This document shows, piece after piece, positions 1 through 7,766 of a stretch of 48,551 nt of DNA. Position 1 is the first letter of the stretch. Each line of letters opens with the position of its first letter. Source of the stretch: a virus (lineage: Duplodnaviria > Heunggongvirae > Uroviricota > Caudoviricetes); the IMG/VR virus record IMGVR_UViG_2627853771_000003; one strand, 5' to 3'. Under the pieces are notes generated by a model. It was given only the letters and a program-made list of their open reading frames with translations. It did not search any database and was not told the DNA's origin. A program made the position numbers and the translations under genes.

Positions 1-500
1 GTAATTATTTACAGTTACAGCCGATCTCCCTGGTTGTGTAACAATATAGTTACTTTTGGGGATCTGGTATCCAGTCAGTAGCTCTTTACGAACCTCCAGT
101 AATTTTTCTTTATTAATCGATGAGGCAAGATTTTTTTCACCGATTATGCTCAGGATATTTTTGATGACGGCACGGTATGTGTTGAGTGATGTTTTTGCGA
201 CTTCAGTTTCTTTCAGTGCCAGAAATTTTTCAGCCAGTTCTTTTATGGTTAAATCTTGTCGGGCCTCACCAAATTTTTCCAGATTGCGTGAGGAGGGAAA
301 CTGTTTTGCATAGTCGAAAACACCAGTTTTTATTGCGTAACAAACAGAGGCGCGTAGCTCACCTGCAACGGCCTGTTTTTTGCTGTGTCAGGAACCCCCA
401 GGTTTTCCCTGACTCTTACGCCTTTATAAACAAACCAGATACGTAATTTCCCTCCATGGTTTTCCACGCCTGTCGGATATTTCATTTCAACTTCTCTCAT
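1..500 (-). pseudogene. phage integrase, N-terminal part (runs off left edge), apparently frameshifted
   Basis: Minus-strand ATG at 500 or 485 gives MREVEMKYPTGVENHGGKLRIWFVYKGVRVRENLGVPDTAKNR then a stop. A second frame is open from about 380 to position 1 (AGELRASVCYAIKTGVFDYAKQF...VTQPGRSAVTVNNY) and has no Met. The frame switch maps to an A6 run (T6 on + strand, 376-381). Lies downstream of xis on the same strand. Confidence 0.5.
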
Positions 501-519
501 TAGTTAGTGTGGCTTTTAG

Positions 520-771
520 TCAAGTAAGATGACGTCTTGGTCTTGCTGATGCCTGGCGCTCAATCCAGCGATCAATTTCTTCCAGGTTGTAAAAGCATGG
601 ACTGTTATCCCATGGCATACCGTCATGAGCGACATGCTTATATTCCCTTCCTTCCATAAACGATTTTTCCCGGGCCTTTTTTAACGTACCTTTTTTTATT
701 CCTTTCAGCGCAATTAACTGCTCTTCGGATACCCATTTGCCGGGAGAGACAATCATGATTACTTCGCTCAT
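520..771 (-). CDS. excisionase-like DNA-binding protein
   Basis: 83-aa ORF between integrase and exonuclease on the same strand; contains a GREY motif as in lambda Xis (KDGREYLF). Confidence 0.55.
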   Translation of the reverse strand: MSEVIMIVSPGKWVSEEQLIALKGIKKGTLKKAREKSFMEGREYKHVAHDGMPWDNSPCFYNLEEIDRWIERQASARPRRHLT

Positions 772-843
772 CGATTTCTTTATCTCTTACATCAGACGAG
801 CGCCGGTTGCAGAATACCAGTCACAACCGGCGACAGTTGAACA

Positions 844-3315
844 TTAAGAATCAGCCTGACTCGGGATCAGTTTTTGCCAGATAGCTGAAACGTATTTTGC
901 CTGGTAACGGGCGTCATCAAGTGCATTATGGCGCTCACCTTCGAATGGAATAGCCGTTCTGGCATCGAAGTCTATGGCTTTCCCCAGCTCAACGATTGTG
1001 CGTACATCGCGATCGTTGTAGTAACGCCACGGGCAGGGGATCCCCTGCCGTTCGTATGAACGGCGCAAAATCGTGTTGTCGAAGTTGGCTCCATTTCCCC
1101 AAACCTGAACAAAAAATTCACCGGAGTTTTCGTCGATAAATTCCCGCAATTGTAACAGTGCATCATCTAACGGGATTTCATCGGTCATAATGGCAGATTG
1201 CGCTTCGCGTGATTGCTTAAGCCACCATTTAATGGTGTCCCGATCAATGACTCCGCCAGCAGTTTCCAGATCGATAGTCTTACTAAATTCCGGTCCCATA
1301 TCTCCGGTTTGCGGATCGAAAAATATTGCACCTATTGAGATGATCGGGGCATCAGGATTTTTTCCCATGGTTTCAAGGTCGATCATTAGATGGTCACACG
1401 TCCTGCTGGTGGATGTGATTTCGTGATGACCGTTCACCTTAATTGGGTGATCTGCCGTCTCGCCAGTTTCATTATCGCTATTGTGATGCTGATTGCCGCC
1501 AGTGTTCTCCTTGTGTGGATGTTCAGCGCCTTCCATTTCCTCCGGATCATCTTCCTGAACTTCAACCTGATACTCTTCATCGAATGTTTCTTGGTATGTT
1601 GCGTCGCCCATCACCGCGCCACAATCAGGGCAGTTGCCGCCGCCGGTCTGACCGCAGGCGGTGCAGACTTTTTCCACTTCCTGTTGCGCCACTGGTTCAG
1701 GCTGTTTCGTTTCTGGCTCGTTTTGTAACGCATTTGGACTGTTTTGTTCCGCTTTTTGGTAGTTCCGTTCCGATTCATGCTGGTTCTGGTTCACAGAATC
1801 GCGGGTCTGGATCCCCTTAACCCATTTCGGATCATTCGGGTCACTAATCCCTTCAACAAATTCACCACGTGATGCAGCAAGCAACTTATCGGCGTCAGGC
1901 TGGCTGATATTGGCTGCCTGCATAATTTTGTTTACTTCGTCAGCGGTAACTTTTATCGGCTCTGGTTGTTCTGAATCTTCAGCGGTATCTACATTTTGCG
2001 GTAAGCCCGTGTATGTGCCATTTTTTCGGGCAAAATATTCTTCTTTTGTGATTTCAGTGGCGCCAGCAGCCAGTGCCTTATCCAGACCAGAAAGTTTGTT
2101 TGCGCGACCGTATTTTTCTCCGTCCTTATCTGCGAAGAGGAAATAGAACGGCCCCTCACGCTCTACAGATGGTTCAGCTTCCGGCGCGGTTTCATTTTTT
2201 GGGATATCAGATACCTCAGTTTCCACTGCATCAGTTTGTGTTTCTGATGACTGGAGAACATCAACAGTGCTCAGGTCTGTTTCTTCATTCTCAAACACGC
2301 CCTTTGTCGTCAGGTATTCGCAGATATATTTGTTCAGTGCTACGGGATCTTTGTGAATGTCGATCGGACGCTCACGGACAAGGCCAAAAATAGTCTGGCG
2401 GTCGTAGCGAAGGGCATCAGGCTGTTTGCGCATTGATGCCGAGATACGCTTCCAGTCTTCGCGGTCGTTGTCGATAACTTCTTTTTTTGCCCAGCGATGG
2501 ATGCTGCCGTCAATGTTTCCGGCATCCACATCACCAGGCCAGAGAGCGTAGGCCAGTTCGTCATCCAGTGTTTTCCATGTCTGCTTGTATTCGCGATGAA
2601 TGGCAGCAATGACCGGGCTGATTTTTCCTGTTGAATTTTCAGTGTACTGTTGATTGGCTCTGGCGCGGGCGAGATCAACAACAGACGTGTATTTTCCGGT
2701 TTCCTTGCGTTCACCTTCGCGACGTTTTTTCCAGATGCGCATCTCTGCCTGAATTTCGGGCCATTTAGCACCAGGAATACATTTATGCTTAACCCACCCA
2801 ATGGCGTGCAACTTAAGCTCCGGATACATGGCGTTAACTTCTGGCATTTTCATCAACGCTTCAACGATATGTCCGTCGAATGTTGCCATGTCTTCCTGCA
2901 ACAATTCCTGTGCGCTAATAACCATATCAACGGTGATGTTTTCACATGTGTCGAACTTAACCATGACAGCGTTCTGTACTTCAGGGGCCAGCTTGTCAAA
3001 AGTGACGTTCATCGGATCGGATTCAGTCTCAACCGGGCCAAAAGAAGCAGACTCCTCATCCCAGCGGTTTTCCTGCATATATTCAGCATCCCATGAATCG
3101 AGGGCAGGGCGGGGTATGCCAGGTTTATCCTCGCAGACAATAAATTTATAAGCGCAGTCCTGAGCAGCCGGATAATGTTCCAGGAACTGCCAGTGAAATT
3201 TTGCTCGAGCACGGCGTTCGTCGCCAGCTTCAATGGCTGTGGCTACAGCCACAGCGCCTTCTTCCCTTGTTGCCAGTTCGTCAGGAATAGCGGCGCAAAT
3301 AAAGACTTTACTCAT
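844..3315 (-). CDS. RecE-like exodeoxyribonuclease with C-terminal DnaQ/DEDDh-type 3'-5' exonuclease motifs
   Basis: 823-aa ORF with an SD (GAGG) before the ATG. The middle region (KLLAASRGEFVEGISDPNDPKWVKGIQTRD; CTACGQTGGGNCPDCGAVMGDATYQETFDEE) matches what I recall of RecE. The C-terminus carries DLETMG, WGNGANFDNTIL and HNALDDA, the three DEDDh exonuclease motifs. Confidence 0.8.
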   Translation of the reverse strand: MSKVFICAAIPDELATREEGAVAVATAIEAGDERRARAKFHWQFLEHYPAAQDCAYKFIVCEDKPGIPRPALDSWDAEYMQENRWDEESASFGPVETESDPMNVTFDKLAPEVQNAVMVKFDTCENITVDMVISAQELLQEDMATFDGHIVEALMKMPEVNAMYPELKLHAIGWVKHKCIPGAKWPEIQAEMRIWKKRREGERKETGKYTSVVDLARARANQQYTENSTGKISPVIAAIHREYKQTWKTLDDELAYALWPGDVDAGNIDGSIHRWAKKEVIDNDREDWKRISASMRKQPDALRYDRQTIFGLVRERPIDIHKDPVALNKYICEYLTTKGVFENEETDLSTVDVLQSSETQTDAVETEVSDIPKNETAPEAEPSVEREGPFYFLFADKDGEKYGRANKLSGLDKALAAGATEITKEEYFARKNGTYTGLPQNVDTAEDSEQPEPIKVTADEVNKIMQAANISQPDADKLLAASRGEFVEGISDPNDPKWVKGIQTRDSVNQNQHESERNYQKAEQNSPNALQNEPETKQPEPVAQQEVEKVCTACGQTGGGNCPDCGAVMGDATYQETFDEEYQVEVQEDDPEEMEGAEHPHKENTGGNQHHNSDNETGETADHPIKVNGHHEITSTSRTCDHLMIDLETMGKNPDAPIISIGAIFFDPQTGDMGPEFSKTIDLETAGGVIDRDTIKWWLKQSREAQSAIMTDEIPLDDALLQLREFIDENSGEFFVQVWGNGANFDNTILRRSYERQGIPCPWRYYNDRDVRTIVELGKAIDFDARTAIPFEGERHNALDDARYQAKYVSAIWQKLIPSQADS

Positions 3316-3408
3316 TTTGTTTTAACCTCATGACAGATTTAAGGATGAACAAATCCCTGCCATTGCTGGCATATAAGAATGAAACCGGATATTTATTACG
3401 GAACTGTT

Positions 3409-3475
3409 TTAAAGACCTGCCGGGATTTCGATATTATCCTGGTGAATAACTTTATCGACCGGGTAACAGTTACCG
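3409..3475 (-). pseudogene. ydfD: ydfD 3' fragment (last 20 codons plus stop), separated from its 5' part by IS2
   Basis: Removing IS2 and one copy of the TSD joins 4936..4807 to 3475..3409 in frame, giving a 63-aa protein MNSAFVLVLTVFLVSGEPVDIAVSAHRTMQECMTAATEQKIPG|NCYPVDKVIHQDNIEIPAGL. Confidence 0.6.
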
Positions 3476-3486
3476 TGGATTTGCCC

Positions 3487-4392
3487 CTATATTTCCAGAC
3501 ACCTGTTATCACTTAACCCATTACTGGCCTGCTGCCGCAGATATTCCCGTGGCGAGCGATAACCCAGTGCACTATGCGGGTGCCATTCGTTATAATGCTC
3601 GAACGCCTCTGCAAGGTTCTTTGCTGCCGTTAACCCGTCTGGTTTAGGCATGATACTGATGTAGTCACGCTTTATCGTTTTCACGAAGCTCTCTGCTATG
3701 CCGTTACTCTCCGGACTCCGCACCGCCGTGTTCTTCGGTTCAAGCCCTAATATCCGGGCAAACTGCCGTGTTTCATTAGCCCGGTAGCATGAACCATTAT
3801 CCGTCAGCCACTCTACTGGAGACGCCGGAAGCTCGTTGCCGAAGCGGCGTTCCACCGCTCCCAGCATGACGTCCTGTACTGTTTCACTGTCGAAGCCGCC
3901 CGTAGTGACTGCCCAGTGCAGTGCCTCACGGTCACAGCAGTCCAGCGCGAACGTGACTCGCAGTTTTTCTCCGTTATCACAGCGGAACTCGAACCCGTCA
4001 GAGCACCATCGTTGATTGCTTTCTTTCACGGCCACTTTGCCAGTATGTGCCCGTTTCGATGGCGGTACAGCGGTTTTTCGCTCAAGCAACAGCGCATTCT
4101 GGCGCATGATCCGGTAAACACGTTTGGCATTGATCGCAGGCATACCATCAAGTTCGGCCTGTCTGCGAAGCAGCGCCCATACCCGACGATAACCATACGT
4201 GGGCAGCTCTCCGATAACATGGTGTATACGGAGAAGCACATCCGTATCATCTGAGTGACGGCTGCGGCGACCATCTTTCCAGTCATCGGTTCGTCTGAGA
4301 ATTACGTGCAACTGCGCACGCGACACCCGGAGACAACGGCTGACTAAGCTTACTCCCCATCCCCGGGCAATAAGGGCGCGTGCGCTATCCAC
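3487..4392 (-). CDS. insD: IS2 transposase OrfB (InsD)
   Basis: 301-aa ORF with a DDE-type integrase core, recognised as IS2 InsD. Confidence 0.9.
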
Positions 4393-4715
4393 TTTTTTGC
4401 ACGCCCGTATTCAACGGCTTCTTTAAGGAGTTCATTTTCCATCGTTTTTTTGCCGAGCAGGCGCTGGAGTTCTTTAATCTGCTTCATGGCAGCAGCAAGT
4501 TCAGAGGCAGGAACGACCTGCTCTCCTGCGGCCACAGCAGTAAGACTTCCCTCCTGGTATTGCTTGCGCCAGAGAAATAACTGGCTGGCTGCCACACCGT
4601 GTTGCCGGGCAACAAGGGAGACCGTCATTCCCGGTTCAAAACTCTGCTGAACAATAGCGATCTTTTCCTGTGTAGTACGCCGTCTGCGTTTCTCCGGTCC
4701 TAAGACATCAATCAT
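4350..4715 (-). CDS. insC: IS2 OrfA (InsC), HTH protein
   Basis: [26 protein letters not shown]...; overlaps insD in the -1 frame as expected for programmed frameshifting. Confidence 0.85.
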
Positions 4716-4806
4716 CTGCTCTCCAATGACTAGTCTAAAAACTAGTATTAAGACTATCACTTATTTAAGTGATATTGGTTGTCTGGAGATTCATGGGGCC
4801 AGTCTA

Positions 4807-4936
4807 TACCGGGAATTTTCTGTTCGGTTGCTGCAGTCATACACTCCTGCATTGTCCTGTGCGCACTGACTGCAATATCAACTGGCTCTCCGGAAACAAG
4901 AAAAACTGTCAGAACAAGCACAAATGCTGAATTCAT
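4807..4936 (-). pseudogene. ydfD: ydfD 5' fragment (first 43 codons), interrupted by IS2
   Basis: Its ATG overlaps the dicB stop (ATGA). The reading frame runs into the IS2 end, where it picks up 16 foreign codons ([16 protein letters not shown]) and a stop. Confidence 0.6.
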
Positions 4937-5121
4937 TGTGCACATCCTTTTGGCATCAGACGTAAACGAGCCAGCATTGAAACAATGCATATTTTATTTA
5001 ATAGCTCCCGTTCTTGTTTTCTCTTGTTAATGGCATCTTCAGTAAATACTGGGTTACTGATAGTGACACCAATTTCAAAACAACCTTCAGACGTATTAAC
5101 GTTTGGTAATAACGTTTTCAT
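4933..5121 (-). CDS. dicB: cell-division inhibitor DicB
   Basis: 62-aa product MKTLLPNVNTSEGCFEIGVTISNPVFTEDAINKRKQERELLNKICIVSMLARLRLMPKGCAQ; SD GAGGA 7 nt upstream; lies just downstream of the dicF-like sequence. Confidence 0.75.
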   Translation of the reverse strand: MKTLLPNVNTSEGCFEIGVTISNPVFTEDAINKRKQERELLNKICIVSMLARLRLMPKGCAQ

Positions 5122-5290
5122 TATCGCGTCCTCAACAATGAATTTTGTGATGCAGTGCCTGGTGCCTCCAGGTGACGTTAACCAGTTAACAATTAACGCC
5201 GGATACAGAGAATCCACCCATAACACTGTTTTTGGTTTTAACTGTTCCGCGTGCGCTCAGCCGCATTCACCACATCACAAAATTCACTTT

Positions 5291-5348
5291 AAAAAGGGCG
5301 GCAGAGCAGTCACGGAGTAAAACTGATACCGCCAAACGTCACCAGAAA
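5291..5348 (-). ncRNA. dicF: DicF-like small RNA (ftsZ-targeting sRNA of the dicB operon)
   Basis: Minus-strand sequence TTTCTGGTGACGTTTGGCGGTATCAGTTTTACTCCGTGACTGCTCTGCCGCCCTTTTT, with a GGCGG...CCGCC stem followed by a U-run; sits between the ydfC-like and dicB genes with no protein-coding capacity. Confidence 0.6.
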
Positions 5349-5688
5349 ATTGATAACAGAGGGCGTTGCAGCGGGGTTGTCACTTAAGCGTATGGTCAAC
5401 CTGACAACCCGGTGTCCTCAACGGGGAAGGAATAACCCCGCCATACTTACCGCCGCGCCATTTCGCGGGTTGCCACAACCGGAAGCGCACGGTCGACGAA
5501 AATTTAACGACAGGCTATCTATGAACCAGCTACCTCGCCGTGCGCTTTCGCGTTATGGTCTGACTTTTCAGGGAAATATCCTTTCAGTAAACTGTCAGTG
5601 CCGGATGCTCACCCGTGTCCGGCGCACGCACTCCACCTCACCCGTGGAGAATTCCTTAATTACTAACCTTAGCTTTGTTGATTAGCTA

Positions 5689-5907
5689 CTAACGCGGGTA
5701 TGTAATCATTCTGGCAATGCTTAATGCCGCTGCTTTTTCCAGATTGGTGATATCCTGCTCCAGAGCGGACAGATTTTCAGCCTGCTTAGCCCTGGCTTCA
5801 TTAGCCCATTTCAGATCCTGCGCTGCATTAATTTTCTGGCGCATCCACTCATAAAGTTCATCATCGGTATAGTCTGGCGCGATGATGACGGGTTCTCGTT
5901 TCTGCAC
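5689..5907 (-). CDS. ydfC: small dicB-operon protein (YdfC-like by size and position)
   Basis: 72-aa ORF with GTG start preceded by GAGGA; position in the operon matches ydfC. Confidence 0.5.
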   Translation of the reverse strand: MQKREPVIIAPDYTDDELYEWMRQKINAAQDLKWANEARAKQAENLSALEQDITNLEKAAALSIARMITYPR

Positions 5908-5936
5908 GCTGATTCCTCGCGGTGCTGTTTCGCTTA

Positions 5937-6065
5937 TCAGCCGTTAGATTTTGCCGAACTGGAAAGCGCCTGTTTAAATTCGCTGAAGCTGAGAGCTTCT
6001 TCGCCTTCGGCAAGGCCTTCGAAGTATTCTTCGTAAGCCTTTTCCATGATTGTGTCGAAATCCAT
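5937..6065 (-). CDS. ydfB: small acidic dicB-operon protein (YdfB-like by size and position)
   Basis: 42 codons, MDFDTIMEKAYEEYFEGLAEGEEALSFSEFKQALSSSAKSNG; SD GGTGGG; start lies 1 nt after the upstream gene's stop. Below the 60-aa track cut-off. Confidence 0.45.
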   Translation of the reverse strand: MDFDTIMEKAYEEYFEGLAEGEEALSFSEFKQALSSSAKSNG

Positions 6066-6066
6066 A

Positions 6067-6222
6067 TCACCCACCTGAATTTCTTTCCAGCCAGCGACGC
6101 GCTCCAGATTCGGTTTTAAACGTTTTGCTTTTGGTATACGTCATTGCGGTGAAGGTGCCGTCCTGGTTGGGAAACACGCCGTACACCAGAGATTCGTTGT
6201 TGCCAAGATCGATAGTATCCAT
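6067..6222 (-). CDS. ydfA: small dicB-operon protein (YdfA-like by size and position)
   Basis: 51 codons from the internal ATG (MDTIDLGNNESLVYGVFPNQDGTF...), with SD AAGGGGA/GAGGT upstream; first gene downstream of the repressor on the same strand. Confidence 0.5.
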   Translation of the reverse strand: MDTIDLGNNESLVYGVFPNQDGTFTAMTYTKSKTFKTESGARRWLERNSGG

Positions 6223-6519
6223 GCTGACCTCATTTCCCCTTAACGCCGGGGTAGCGGAACAAAAACCTGCTGCATAGTTATTAAAGTTGAACCCTGCCGT
6301 CATGTTCTTACGCCTCGGGCTGGCTACTTAACCCCTGACCACTGCCTGGTAACTCGAAGTATTGCCCTGCATTCTGTGGGGCGGGGTGGGTGGCAGGTAT
6401 ATAATGTACTTTGCGTTCATTGTTGTAAAGTACTTTTAGTACATTTTGTGTGTAAAAAAATGAGATGGGATAAAGTGAAGCACAAACCCGGAGGAAGGCG
6501 CTACCGGATTTATGCTGGT

Positions 6520-6939
6520 TTAAGAGGCTTTTTGTTTTTTCTTTCGTGCTAACTCTTCGTAAATTGCATTGTACTTCTGTTTTTTCTCTTCAAGAGTTTT
6601 TAAAAGTTCATCTGTCTCACTGTCAGGGAGCTCGTCCAGAAGGTCAATGATGATTTTTTGTCTTGGATTTAACTCCTGATAGAAACGTACCTGTCCACTT
6701 TCTTCTGTATCCTCTCCCAAAAGATAGGTTGGTGTTGTTCCTATTAGTGTTGCTAATTCCCTTAATTTCTCCCGGCGAGGAATTGTTTCGCCATTAAACC
6801 ATTTGCTAACCGCTTTTGGTGTTAATTTCATTCGACGGGCAATTTCTGCCTGCCTTCCATGTTGTTCATAACCAGCGTTTTCACAGGCTAGCGCAAGCCT
6901 ACTGGCGAACTCTTTACGCGCTTTATCTTCATGAACCAT
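6520..6939 (-). CDS. DicA/RacR-like HTH (XRE-family) prophage repressor, no peptidase S24 domain
   Basis: 139 aa with an N-terminal HTH (GRQAEIARRMKLTPKAVSKWFNG) and an acidic C-terminal tail; divergent from the cro-like gene. Confidence 0.75.
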   Translation of the reverse strand: MVHEDKARKEFASRLALACENAGYEQHGRQAEIARRMKLTPKAVSKWFNGETIPRREKLRELATLIGTTPTYLLGEDTEESGQVRFYQELNPRQKIIIDLLDELPDSETDELLKTLEEKKQKYNAIYEELARKKKQKAS

Positions 6940-7018
6940 AAGTTCAATGATATTCGCTCTTGAATGTACTGTCAGTTCTGTTATAGCATGTACTCAAAGT
7001 TCACACTGTGAGGGTGAT
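6940..7018. promoter_or_regulatory. divergent repressor/cro control region with candidate operator repeats
   Basis: 79-bp intergenic region between divergent HTH genes; two 16-bp direct repeats ATGTACTnnnAGTTC-like (about 6963-6978 and 6987-7002). Confidence 0.4.
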
Positions 7019-7273
7019 ATGAACCAGAAAACACTTGAAGATGTAATCAAAACTGTTCGCGTTGCTGTTGTGGCCGACGTTTGTGGTGTCAGCCAAAGAG
7101 CAATCTATAAATGGATGGATAACGGAAAATTGCCTCGCACAGAATATACCGGCGAAACAAATTACGCTGAAAAAATCGCTCTTGCATCAAACGGATTATT
7201 TTCTGCCGATGCAATTTTAACTATTGGCAGGAATAAAACTACTACGAAAAAGCTGATGGGAGTTGATTCATGA
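7019..7273 (+). CDS. Cro/DicC/YdaS-like HTH regulator
   Basis: ATG at 7019 preceded by GAGGG; product MNQKTLEDVIKTVRVAVVADVCGVSQRAIYKWMDNGKLPR... Confidence 0.7.
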   Translation: MNQKTLEDVIKTVRVAVVADVCGVSQRAIYKWMDNGKLPRTEYTGETNYAEKIALASNGLFSADAILTIGRNKTTTKKLMGVDS

Positions 7274-7695
7274 AAATCAAGCATGAACACATCCGCATGG
7301 CGATGAATGCCTGGGCGCATCCGGACGGCGAAAAAGTACCGGCTGCGAAAATTACCAAAGCGTATTTCGAGCTGGGAATGACGTTCCCGGAACTGTATGA
7401 CGACAACCATCCGGAAGCCCTGGCTCGCAATACTCAGAAAATTTTCCGCTGGGTGGAGAAAGACACCCCTGATGCGGTTAAAAAAATTCAGGCGTTGTTA
7501 CCAGCTATCGAAAAAGCAATGCCACCTCTGCTGGTGGCCCGAATGCGCAGTCATAGCTCAGCATATTTTCGGGAACTAGTGGAGACGCGGGAACGACTGG
7601 TGAGAGACGCTGATGATTTTGTCGCAGTGGCGATCGCTGGTTTCAACCAGATGAATCGTGGTGGCCCTGCAGGAAATATTGTGGCTGTGCATTGA
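7270..7695 (+). CDS. YdaT/CII-like early regulatory protein
   Basis: 141 aa starting MKIKHEHI, overlapping the cro-like stop; position equivalent to cII/ydaT. Confidence 0.6.
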   Translation: MKIKHEHIRMAMNAWAHPDGEKVPAAKITKAYFELGMTFPELYDDNHPEALARNTQKIFRWVEKDTPDAVKKIQALLPAIEKAMPPLLVARMRSHSSAYFRELVETRERLVRDADDFVAVAIAGFNQMNRGGPAGNIVAVH

Positions 7696-7766
7696 CTCGC
7701 AATATTCATACCGGATCACTTCCGGCAATTTGTGAGTAAAAAGATTCGGTATCAAAAGAGGTGAGT

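Larger units (their letters stand above)
3476..4806 (-). mobile_element. IS2 (IS3 family), complete 1331-bp copy with 5-bp target-site duplication TACCG
   Basis: Ends read TGGATTTGCCCC (3476) and GGGGCCAGTCTA (4806); identical TACCG at 3471-3475 and 4807-4811; contains insC and insD in the usual overlapping arrangement. Confidence 0.9.

Noticed and set aside
56-446. Two + strand ORFs (56..313, 186..446)
   Set aside because: They lie antisense to the integrase reading frames, have no SD and odd composition; the integrase on the minus strand explains this region.
5350-5685. 111-aa + strand ORF
   Set aside because: Antisense to the dicB-operon region, Arg-rich with no SD; the DicF-like RNA on the minus strand explains the locus better.
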